Assembly (NCBI GenBank): GCA_045651445.1
Contig: JAZRSI010000019.1
Location: forward strand, 1 to 38,730
Reading direction: 5' to 3'
Source of the DNA: Candidatus Enterousia sp.
GTDB lineage: Bacteria > Pseudomonadota > Alphaproteobacteria > Rs-D84
DNA: 38,730 nucleotides
Part shown: positions 19,056-27,749 of the stretch, piece by piece
Layout: each line of letters begins with the position of its first letter
Numbering within the stretch: position 1 is the stretch's first letter
Notes under the pieces: model-generated
What the model was told of the DNA's origin: nothing
The model's database searches: none
The model's input: the letters and a program-made list of their open reading frames with translations, nothing else
Made by a program: the position numbers and the translations under genes

Positions 19056-19374
19056 AAGATAAACATATAAGCCGGATTCTGTCATGCCGTGGCCCAGTAT
19101 GTTTCGCATACCGCACCACGGTAGTAGGCATGATTAATCTGCATATCACATTACTGTGTATGTCAAGCCTTCTACCCGCCCCCAATGTGGGACACATATG
19201 CGGGGGCCTATTTGAAGTTGCTGCACGTAGAGATTGCCCGTTTCACTCGAATTTAATCGTTTCGTCACTGTTGCTCTAATCGTCGGGTCGCCCCGCCTGG
19301 TAAATTAGCCAGTACGCTGTCCCATGCAGTCCGGACTTTCCTCTGACCAAGGTCAGCCATGCCCCGTTTATCTT
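19056..19374 (-). ncRNA. rnpB: RNase P RNA
   Basis: Minus strand GAGGAAAGUCCGGAC (19343-19329) and ACAGAAUCCGGCUUA (19082-19068) form P4; termini AAGAUAAAC/GUUUAUCUU pair as P1. Confidence 0.96.
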
Positions 19375-19417
19375 GCGGGGTTATATTAGCATTTTGAAAA
19401 GTTTTTTCAATGATTTT

Positions 19418-19627
19418 TTATTCGCCTGATTTACGTGCCATGCCCAATGCGTGGCGTAGGGCTTGTTCCGCAATTTGGCGGATTTTTGGCGCAAATGTGC
19501 GCATATTCATCGTGTCTGCAACGGTATTGCCGAAAATTCGTGCAATATTTTCAATTTGGGTTGGTGCAATAATAAAAACGTCGCTGGTAATGTTTTCTGG
19601 ATTTAATTTTTGAACTGGTTCACGCAT
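19418..19627 (-). CDS. Small hypothetical protein (69 aa)
   Basis: G-rich RBS upstream; fills the rnpB-secA gap; no recognisable family. Confidence 0.55.
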   Translation of the reverse strand: MREPVQKLNPENITSDVFIIAPTQIENIARIFGNTVADTMNMRTFAPKIRQIAEQALRHALGMARKSGE

Positions 19628-19716
19628 GTCGCCCCCCTGATTTCGCGTATGAATAAAAGATTTTTTTCTTCTATGACTTGTTATTGTCTTTTATGCTTAT
19701 TATATCATAAAGTAAC

Positions 19717-19745
19717 TTGACCGCAAGGCACAAAATTGCTATAAG
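19717..19745 (+). promoter_or_regulatory. Putative sigma70 promoter of secA
   Basis: TTGACC-N17-TATAAG with an extended -10 TG. Confidence 0.55.
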
Positions 19746-19771
19746 TTTGGTGATAAATAAGGGAAAAAGGT

Positions 19772-22387
19772 ATGATTAAAAACGTAATTGGTAAAATTTT
19801 AGGGTCTGCAAATGACAGATTGATTAAAAGTTATGACAAAACAGTGTCTTTGATTCATGATTTAGAACCTAAATATCATGAAATGACAGACGAACAACTG
19901 CGCGAACAAACGGATGTTTTGCGCGCACGGTTGGCCGCGGGGGACAAAGAAAAAGATATCCTGCCGGATGCATTCGCCCTGGTGCGCGAGGCATCTATTC
20001 GTACTATCGGATTGCGGCATTTTAATGTTCAGATGATTGGTGGTATGGTGCTGACAAATGGGCAGATTTCAGAAATGAAAACCGGTGAAGGTAAAACATT
20101 GGTGGCAACACTTGCAATGTATTTGAAGGCATTACATGGCAAGGGGGCGCATCTGATTACTGTGAATGATTACCTGGCGTCGCGTGATGCCGAATGGATG
20201 GGTGAAATTTATCGTTTCTTGGGCTTGACGGTCGGGATTATTCAGCACGATATGACTGACGATGAACGACGTGCCGCGTATGCGTGTGATATTACATATG
20301 TAACAAATTCTGAATTGGGCTTTGATTATCTGCGTGATAATATGAAATTTACAAAAAAACAGCAGGTTTTGCGGCCGTTCTTTTTCGCAATTGTTGACGA
20401 AGTAGATAGTATTTTAATTGACGAAGCACGTACACCGTTGATTATCTCGGGACCGGCCGAAGATACAAGTGAACTGTATGCCAAGGTTGATGCCGTTGTT
20501 GCACAATTCACAGAAACTGATTTCAAAAAAGACGAAAAGGACAGACATGTTACATTGACTGAATCGGGCGCAGATACCGCAACACGTTTGTTAAAAGAAG
20601 CGGATTTGTTAATCGGCGATAATTTGTATGCGTCTGAAAATGCGGCACTGGTTATGCATATTCAGCAGTCTTTGTTGGCGCATCATTTATATCAGAAAAA
20701 TGTAAATTATGTTGTGCGTAATGGTGAAATTTTAATCGTTGATGAATTTACTGGTCGTGTTATGTCGGGACGTCGTTTTGGCAAGGGACTGCATCAAGCG
20801 ATTGAGGCCAAGGAACATGTTCGCGTTCAGCCTGAAAATCAGACTGTATCAAGTATTTCTTATCAGAATTTGTTCCGTTTGTATCCGACCTTGTCCGGTA
20901 TGACGGGTACTGCGATGACAGAAGCCGCAGAATTTGAAGAAATTTACAAATTGCGTGTGGTTTCAATCCCAACAAATCGTCCTGTGGCACGTAATGATCA
21001 TCATGATGAAATTTATCGTAACAAGGATGAAAAATATGATGCTATCTTGAAACAAATTTCAGAATGTGTTGCAAAAAAGCAACCTGTTTTGGTTGGTACT
21101 GTTTCAATTGAAAAGTCCGAAGAATTGGCCGCAATTGTTCGTAAAAAATTAGGTATTGAACCGGCGGTTCTAAATGCAAAACACCACGAATCTGAAGCGA
21201 AAATTGTCGCGCAAGCTGGTGCCCCAGGGGCGGTTACAATCGCAACAAATATGGCGGGGCGTGGAACCGATATTAAATTGGGCGGTAATGCCGAAGAATT
21301 AATCGCTGCATTGGATAAAGATGCGCCTGATTTTGAAGAAAAGAAAAAAGAAATATATGAAAAGATAGAAGCAAATAAAAAACAGGTTCTTGACGCTGGT
21401 GGATTGTACGTTATTGGTACAGAACGTCATGAATCACGTCGTATTGATAATCAATTGCGCGGTCGTTCGGGCCGTCAAGGGGATCCAGGGGATTCAAAGT
21501 TCTTTCTGGCGCTGGATGATGATTTAATGCGTATATTTGGCGCGGCGCGTTTGCAAGGAATGCTGACAACGTTGGGGTTAAAAACAGGCGAAGCGATTAC
21601 GCACCCTTGGATTACCAAGGCATTAGAAAAGGCGCAAAAACGTGTAGAAGCACGTTATTTCGAAGCGCGTAAAGAATTGCTGAAATATGATGACGTTATG
21701 AACGAACAACGTAATGTTATTTATAAGCAGCGTGATGATTTGATGATTTCAGAAGACTTGTCATCGTTGGCGCGTGAATTAATTGGGGATGTTGTTGAAA
21801 TTATCTGTGAAAATAGTATCCCTGAAAAAGGAACGCCTGCGGATTGGAATATCGAAGGTATTCATAATGCGATGAAGCGTGTTTTTGCACTGGATATTAC
21901 AGATATTGAAAAGTGGAAAACAGATGAACAAATTACAGAACGCAAGGCTTTTGAAGTTCTGAATAATCTGGCATTACGTAGATATGAACAACAGGCAAAT
22001 AAATATGGCCCAGAATTAATGCAGATGGCATCGCGTCAGATGATGTTGGGCGCATTGGATGCGGTTTGGAAAAAACATTTACAACAAATGGATTATTTGC
22101 AAAGCGCGATTGGATTGCGTGGATATGCTCAGAAAAATCCATTGTATGAATACAAGCGCGAGGCCTTGGAATTATTTAAGAATACGGTAAATAATTTCAA
22201 AATTATGTCTATTTCGTATATTTGTCGTATGGAATTAACACGTGAAGATGTTGCCGCGACAGAGGCCGCACGCGCTAAACACGATGCAGGATTAAATCAG
22301 GCAGCGGGTATGGAATCGCGTCGTAATGCGCCCTGCCCGTGTGGTTCTGGGTTAAAGTTCAAGCATTGTTGTGGTAAATTGCACTAA
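19772..22387 (+). CDS. secA: Preprotein translocase SecA
   Basis: EMKTGEGKTL, TVNDYLA, IVDEVDSILIDEARTPLIISG, ATNMAGRGTDI, QLRGRSGRQGDPG, SEC-C motif CPCGSGLKFKHCCG. Confidence 0.99.
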   Translation: MIKNVIGKILGSANDRLIKSYDKTVSLIHDLEPKYHEMTDEQLREQTDVLRARLAAGDKEKDILPDAFALVREASIRTIGLRHFNVQMIGGMVLTNGQISEMKTGEGKTLVATLAMYLKALHGKGAHLITVNDYLASRDAEWMGEIYRFLGLTVGIIQHDMTDDERRAAYACDITYVTNSELGFDYLRDNMKFTKKQQVLRPFFFAIVDEVDSILIDEARTPLIISGPAEDTSELYAKVDAVVAQFTETDFKKDEKDRHVTLTESGADTATRLLKEADLLIGDNLYASENAALVMHIQQSLLAHHLYQKNVNYVVRNGEILIVDEFTGRVMSGRRFGKGLHQAIEAKEHVRVQPENQTVSSISYQNLFRLYPTLSGMTGTAMTEAAEFEEIYKLRVVSIPTNRPVARNDHHDEIYRNKDEKYDAILKQISECVAKKQPVLVGTVSIEKSEELAAIVRKKLGIEPAVLNAKHHESEAKIVAQAGAPGAVTIATNMAGRGTDIKLGGNAEELIAALDKDAPDFEEKKKEIYEKIEANKKQVLDAGGLYVIGTERHESRRIDNQLRGRSGRQGDPGDSKFFLALDDDLMRIFGAARLQGMLTTLGLKTGEAITHPWITKALEKAQKRVEARYFEARKELLKYDDVMNEQRNVIYKQRDDLMISEDLSSLARELIGDVVEIICENSIPEKGTPADWNIEGIHNAMKRVFALDITDIEKWKTDEQITERKAFEVLNNLALRRYEQQANKYGPELMQMASRQMMLGALDAVWKKHLQQMDYLQSAIGLRGYAQKNPLYEYKREALELFKNTVNNFKIMSISYICRMELTREDVAATEAARAKHDAGLNQAAGMESRRNAPCPCGSGLKFKHCCGKLH

Positions 22388-22403
22388 TATTAGTGCAATT
22401 TAC
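22374..22403. repeat. Perfect 30-bp palindrome across the secA stop codon
   Basis: gtaaattgcactaat|attagtgcaatttac. Confidence 0.9.
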
Positions 22404-22449
22404 TTGTATTTAATTTTTTGCTGATTTTTTTGAAAGGGGACAAGGGGTT

Positions 22450-25400
22450 ATGCAGCAATTTATTCATCTTCGCACACATTCAAGGTTTTCTGTCGGGGCC
22501 AGTACACTGACGATTAAGCAATTGCCAAAATTATGTCAGGGGGCGGGAATGTTCGCGTGTGCGTTGACTGATACAAATTTAATGTCTGGGTGCGCAGAAT
22601 TTTCTGATGTTATGCCCAAGGATAAATTGCAGCCAATTATTGGAATTGAAATAACTTTGAATCAGCATAACGTTGATCCAAAAATGTTGCGCATAGAATC
22701 TTTGTCAAAGATTGTTTTGTTGGCGCAAAATCACCAAGGGTATTTAAACTTGTGTGATTTAAATCGAATAATGTATATGCGAAGTGAAAATCGTCATCTT
22801 GGGGCGTTTGTTTCGTTTGATGAATTGTCTGCGCATAGTAACGGTTTGATTTGTTTGTCGGGGGCGCATTTGGGCCCTATTGGGATGGCGATTTTAAATG
22901 GCCAAGAAGATACCGCCCAAACATTAACAAAAAAATTATTAGATATCTTTGGCGATAGATTTTATATGGAAATTCAACGTCATGGTTTGGAAAATGAAAT
23001 CAAGACGGAACCTGCTTTTTTGAAACTGGCACGCGAATTAAATATCCCAATTGTCGCAACAAATGATGTTTGTTTTGCGTCTGATAAAGATTATGAATCT
23101 GCGGATGCGTTAAGTTGTGTGTTGGGACAAACCAAAGTTATTGACCCCGAAAGACCACGCAAGTCATCTGAACAATATTTTAAATCGTATGAAGAAATGG
23201 CAGAAATTTTTTCTGACCTGCCAGAGGCAATAGAAAATACAGTTGTTATTGCGCAACGTTGTGGGTTCTTGGTAAACGTTCATGAAAAACCACTATTGCC
23301 GCGATTTGGTGATGATTTGGAAACAGAATGTAAAATGTTGCGCGATAATACAATGAACGGATTAAAGCGCAGGCTTGAACAACACGGAATTACAGATACC
23401 GCCCCGTATTATGAACAGGCAGAATTTGAATTGGGGGTTATTATCGGTATGGGATTCCCTGGGTATTTCTTAATCGTTGCGGATTATATTGATTGGTGCA
23501 GAAATAACGATGTTTTGACTGGGCCTGGACGCGGTTCTGGGGCGGGATCTATTGTTGCGTGGGCGTTGGGTATCACAAATGTTGACCCGTTAAAGTATGG
23601 GTTGCTGTTTGAAAGATTCTTGAACCCTGATCGTATTTCTATGCCGGACTTTGACGTGGACTTTGAGCCGACGGGAATAGAAAAAGTTTTGAATTATGTT
23701 TGTGAAAAATACGGACACGATTCTGTGTGCAGAATTATTACTTTTGGTAGTTTGCAGGCCCGTGGGGCAATTCGTGATATTGGTCGAGTCTATGGTATGC
23801 CCTATTCTAAATCTGATAGATTGTCTAAACTTATTCCGCAAGATGCCAAGACACTGAAAGATGCGGTTGGTATGTCAACGGAAATTCAAGATATTTTAAA
23901 CAATGATGAAGACTTGAACAAGGTTGTAACAGTCGCAGAAGAATTAGAAGGTTCTTTGCGTAATTTGGGACAACATGCGTGCGGGGTTGTTATTGGGGAT
24001 AGACCTACTACTAAAATTGCACCGGTTTATCGTGATCCGGCCAACCCTTTGCCGTCGTGTCAATATGACGGTAAGTATCTGGAAAAATCAGGATTGATTA
24101 AGTTTGACTTCTTGGGATTGGAAACGTTGGTTGTGTTGAAATATGCCACGCGTTTAATTCAGCGAACACGGGGTATTAATATTGATTTGGATCAAATCCC
24201 AACGGATGATGCAAAAACTATGCGTTTATGGCAGCAAGGATTAACCGAAGGAATATTCCAATTTGATGCCCCGTTTGTTCAACAGACATTGCGCAAAATG
24301 CATCCGACAAGTTTCTTGGAAATTTCTGCGTTAAATGCGTTAAATCGTCCGGGACCAATTGCGTTTATCCCGCAATTTATTGCGCGTATGCATGGCGAAG
24401 AATCTATCGAATATGTACATCCACGTGCGGAATCGATATTAAAGGAAACTTATGGAATTATTGTTTATCAAGAACAGGTTATGCAATTGACCCGTGTGCT
24501 GGCGGGCTTTACACGTGGGCAATCTGATAACGTGCGCAAAGCAATGGGTAAAAAGATTATTGCGATGCTTGATGAACTTGAAGGCAAATTTTATGAAGGA
24601 TGCGAAAAAGAAGGCACTTTGGACAGAGATACTGCAAAAGATTTATGGGAAAAGTTCAAGGATTTTGCAAAGTATGCCTTTAATAAATCGCACGCAATTG
24701 CGTATTCGATTGTTGCAAATCAATGTGCGTATTTAAAGGCGAATTATACACCTGAATTCTTGGCGGCTTCGATGTCAAGTAATTTAAATGATACGGATCA
24801 ATTGGCAATATTTGTTGATGACGCAAAGACGAATTTTGGAATTCAAATTGTTGCCCCAGATATCAATCAAAGTGAATCTTTGTTCACGGTTCGTGATGGC
24901 AAGATTATTTATGGATTGGCCGCCTTGAAGGGGGTTGGTGCAGTCGCCACGGATGCAATTGTTGCAGAACGTAACGCAAACGGAAAATTCAAGAACTTGA
25001 CCGATTTTGCAAAACGTTGTTCTGGAATTGTTAATAAGCGTATATTAGAAGCCTTTGCGAAAACTGGGGTTTTGGATTCGTTGGAACCCAATCGTGCCGC
25101 GATATTCTTAAATGCGGATGCGATATTGTCATACGGCGCTAAATCGCGTGATGGCGCAAATATGTTATCGTTGTTTGCAAATACCGTCGAAGACGATGTT
25201 AGCGAAGATAGGTTGCGTAAAAATTTGCCAAAGACAACGCCATGGACATTTGGACAGAAACTAGAAAACGAATTGTCTGCGCTTGGGTTCTATATTTCTG
25301 CCCATCCGCTGGATCAATACAAGCATTTAATTGCACGGGCCAACCTTGCCACAAGCGGGACACTTGCGGCGTTGGGGGATAGAAAATCTGTGCAGATTGC

Positions 25401-25857
25401 AGTTAATGTAAATTCTTTTGGGCGTCGGCGTACCAAAACAGGCAAGGAAATGATTACGATTAATGCGTCTGATAGCACAGGAAATATTGATGCGGTTGCG
25501 TTTGGCGATATGGCAATTGAATTTTCGCAAATTTTATCAACAGAAAATGTGGTGCTGATTTCAGGAAAGACGTCCAATCGTGATGATAGGGTTTCTGTTT
25601 TTGTTGATTCTATTGTGCCTTTGACGCAGTGGGTCGCAAAAATTGCTAAAAAGATTACGTTGGATATTCGTGATGGTTCGGTTTTACAGGACGTCAAGAA
25701 GGCAATTGTTGCGTTGCCACGCGGATATACACAGGTGGTTTTAAATTTACATGGCGCAGAAAAAACAGCAACGATTGTGTTGCCTGGCGGGGTGGAATTG
25801 GGAAATACAACGGTCGCGGACTTCGCTGCGCTTGGTATCAAGGTGGAGATAGAGTAA
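22450..25857 (+). CDS. dnaE: DNA polymerase III alpha subunit
   Basis: PHP domain, GPGRGSGAGS, LFERFLNPDRISMPDFDVDF, KFDFLGL, YQEQVM, YAFNKSHA. Confidence 0.98.
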   Translation: MQQFIHLRTHSRFSVGASTLTIKQLPKLCQGAGMFACALTDTNLMSGCAEFSDVMPKDKLQPIIGIEITLNQHNVDPKMLRIESLSKIVLLAQNHQGYLNLCDLNRIMYMRSENRHLGAFVSFDELSAHSNGLICLSGAHLGPIGMAILNGQEDTAQTLTKKLLDIFGDRFYMEIQRHGLENEIKTEPAFLKLARELNIPIVATNDVCFASDKDYESADALSCVLGQTKVIDPERPRKSSEQYFKSYEEMAEIFSDLPEAIENTVVIAQRCGFLVNVHEKPLLPRFGDDLETECKMLRDNTMNGLKRRLEQHGITDTAPYYEQAEFELGVIIGMGFPGYFLIVADYIDWCRNNDVLTGPGRGSGAGSIVAWALGITNVDPLKYGLLFERFLNPDRISMPDFDVDFEPTGIEKVLNYVCEKYGHDSVCRIITFGSLQARGAIRDIGRVYGMPYSKSDRLSKLIPQDAKTLKDAVGMSTEIQDILNNDEDLNKVVTVAEELEGSLRNLGQHACGVVIGDRPTTKIAPVYRDPANPLPSCQYDGKYLEKSGLIKFDFLGLETLVVLKYATRLIQRTRGINIDLDQIPTDDAKTMRLWQQGLTEGIFQFDAPFVQQTLRKMHPTSFLEISALNALNRPGPIAFIPQFIARMHGEESIEYVHPRAESILKETYGIIVYQEQVMQLTRVLAGFTRGQSDNVRKAMGKKIIAMLDELEGKFYEGCEKEGTLDRDTAKDLWEKFKDFAKYAFNKSHAIAYSIVANQCAYLKANYTPEFLAASMSSNLNDTDQLAIFVDDAKTNFGIQIVAPDINQSESLFTVRDGKIIYGLAALKGVGAVATDAIVAERNANGKFKNLTDFAKRCSGIVNKRILEAFAKTGVLDSLEPNRAAIFLNADAILSYGAKSRDGANMLSLFANTVEDDVSEDRLRKNLPKTTPWTFGQKLENELSALGFYISAHPLDQYKHLIARANLATSGTLAALGDRKSVQIAVNVNSFGRRRTKTGKEMITINASDSTGNIDAVAFGDMAIEFSQILSTENVVLISGKTSNRDDRVSVFVDSIVPLTQWVAKIAKKITLDIRDGSVLQDVKKAIVALPRGYTQVVLNLHGAEKTATIVLPGGVELGNTTVADFAALGIKVEIE

Positions 25858-25858
25858 C

Positions 25859-26704
25859 ATGAAACATATTCCTGTGCTATTGGGGGCGGTTTTAAATTCG
25901 CTGGGTGATATAAGGGGAAAAACGATAGTCGATTGTACTTTTGGTGCGGGTGGATATTCGCGGGCTTTTTTAGAACGTGGCGCAAAAGTTATCGCGTTTG
26001 ATAGGGATGAAAATGTTATTCCTGATGCAGAAATGCTGAAAAAAGAATACGGGGATAGTTTTTCTTTCGTGCCCAAGACTTTTTCGTCTATTTCGGAATT
26101 GGATGTCAAAGTTGATGCGATTGTTTTTGATTTGGGGATATCTTCGATGCAAATTGATATTCCTGAACGTGGGTTTTCATTTCGGTTTGATGCGCCACTA
26201 GATATGCGTATGGGCGCGTGCGATATGACGGCGGCGCAATTGATTGAAAAAAAGTCTGATTCAGAATTGGCGCAAATCTTGCGCGATTATGGCGATGTTA
26301 AAAAAGCGGGACTTCTGTCGCGGGTTATCAAAGATGCCCTGCCCCAGACTACGTTTGAATTACGCGATTTGATTCATAACCCAAAAGATGTTGCCCCTGT
26401 GTTCCAAGCCCTGCGGATTGCGGTAAATGATGAAATGGGCGAAGTGGAACGTGCGTTGGCGTGTGTGCCGAATTTGTTGGTTGATGGCGGTGAGTGTATA
26501 TGCGTAACGTTTCATTCTATCGAAGACAGAATTGTAAAGAATACATTTCGTGATTGGACAACCCCACGGGGGGATCCGCGATTGCCTGTGTTGATGCCTG
26601 CGGATTTCAAGTTATTAAAGACGTATGTGCCAAGTGATGAAGAATTAGAACAAAATCCACGGGCGCGTTCTGCGCATATGCGTGGGGTGGAAAAATCATG
26701 TTGA
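25859..26704 (+). CDS. rsmH: 16S rRNA m4C1402 methyltransferase RsmH (MraW)
   Basis: HIPVL, DCTFGAGGYS, DLGISSMQID..RGFSF..PLDMRM, FQALRIAVNDE, FHSIEDRIVK, NPRARSA. Confidence 0.97.
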   Translation: MKHIPVLLGAVLNSLGDIRGKTIVDCTFGAGGYSRAFLERGAKVIAFDRDENVIPDAEMLKKEYGDSFSFVPKTFSSISELDVKVDAIVFDLGISSMQIDIPERGFSFRFDAPLDMRMGACDMTAAQLIEKKSDSELAQILRDYGDVKKAGLLSRVIKDALPQTTFELRDLIHNPKDVAPVFQALRIAVNDEMGEVERALACVPNLLVDGGECICVTFHSIEDRIVKNTFRDWTTPRGDPRLPVLMPADFKLLKTYVPSDEELEQNPRARSAHMRGVEKSC

Positions 26705-26762
26705 CCCAATGTCTTGTTTTTTTGTACGATTGTAAACAATAAGAAAAAGGAAGGTGAATATT

Positions 26763-27260
26763 ATGAAAAAAATTTTGGTGGCATTATGCGGTTTTTTTGC
26801 AGGTACATCGATTGCGTCGGCGGTTTGTCCTGTTTGTACGATTGCGGTTGGTGCGGGACTCGAAGGGGCGCGTTTGTTGGGTGTTGACGATGTTATTACC
26901 GGTATTTGGGCGGGTGGATTAACATTGTCCTTGTTCTTTTGGACGGCTGGCTGGCTGAAAAAGCACGGGGTTAAAAGTTTCTTGTGGCAAATATTTGTTC
27001 CGTTTGTTGTTTACTATGGTTTGTTGGCGATGGTTTATTTATTGCCAGGTGTTACTTTTGGCGCGAACACACTATGGGGAATTGATAAATTTATGCTGGG
27101 TATTATTGTTGGAACGTTGGCCTTCTATTTTGGGGCGCGTTGGTACACCAAGATTAAACGTGAAAATGGTGGACATGCCAAGTTTGCTTTCCAGAAGGTT
27201 GTTGTTCCGTTGTCTTTCTTGGCGGTGGCGACATTGGTCTTTTGGCTGATAACAAAATAA
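26763..27260 (+). CDS. Membrane protein with signal peptide and N-terminal CPVC motif
   Basis: ATG 26763 after AAGGAAGG; MKKILV...SIASA|VCPVCTIAVGAG...GVDDVITGIWAGG, then about 4 TM segments. Confidence 0.85.
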   Translation: MKKILVALCGFFAGTSIASAVCPVCTIAVGAGLEGARLLGVDDVITGIWAGGLTLSLFFWTAGWLKKHGVKSFLWQIFVPFVVYYGLLAMVYLLPGVTFGANTLWGIDKFMLGIIVGTLAFYFGARWYTKIKRENGGHAKFAFQKVVVPLSFLAVATLVFWLITK

Positions 27261-27275
27261 TAGGTCGGAAAAGTC

Positions 27276-27725
27276 GTGGCGAAAATTAATAAAAAATCTT
27301 TGAAATCACGTGTAGAGGCTGCTGATTTAGACAAGAAGGTAAATCCGCTGGATTTGTCTGCCGATCAGGATTTAAGTATTGCGTTGATGAATTTATTAAT
27401 TTTGGAACGTCAGTCGTTGGCGTTTGGGTGCCCTGCCCTATATGATAGTGTTTATGCAATGCGCCAGAATTTGATGACGTCAATTTTAAAGGACAAGGCC
27501 ATTAATGATGTGGCGGCGCGATTATTACTTGTGGCTATGCTTGATATGGATGCGGGTGTTCGTTTGTTGCAAGATGGGGATAACGCCGGGGCATACAAGA
27601 TGTTTGATAGTTCTTATGAATCTTACTCTATGTTCTGGGGGATAAATATGGGAATGGTGGATAAGAAGGTCGCAGAAGAAATTTTAAATAGAGAAAATAC
27701 ATCAAAAGCGGAATTTAAGTGTTGA
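27276..27725 (+). CDS. Hypothetical helical protein (149 aa), partner of the CPVC protein
   Basis: GTG start 15 bp after the previous stop; DLSADQDLSIALMNL...YSMFWG. Confidence 0.75.
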   Translation: MAKINKKSLKSRVEAADLDKKVNPLDLSADQDLSIALMNLLILERQSLAFGCPALYDSVYAMRQNLMTSILKDKAINDVAARLLLVAMLDMDAGVRLLQDGDNAGAYKMFDSSYESYSMFWGINMGMVDKKVAEEILNRENTSKAEFKC

Positions 27726-27749
27726 TTTAAATATGGGATTTTTGGTAAT

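Noticed and set aside
18988-19197. 69-aa minus-strand ORF
   Set aside because: Lies within rnpB and its terminator.
22374-22403. CIRCE element
   Set aside because: Resembles GCACT/AGTGC but lacks TTAGCACTC-N9-GAGTGCTAA and is not upstream of a chaperone gene.
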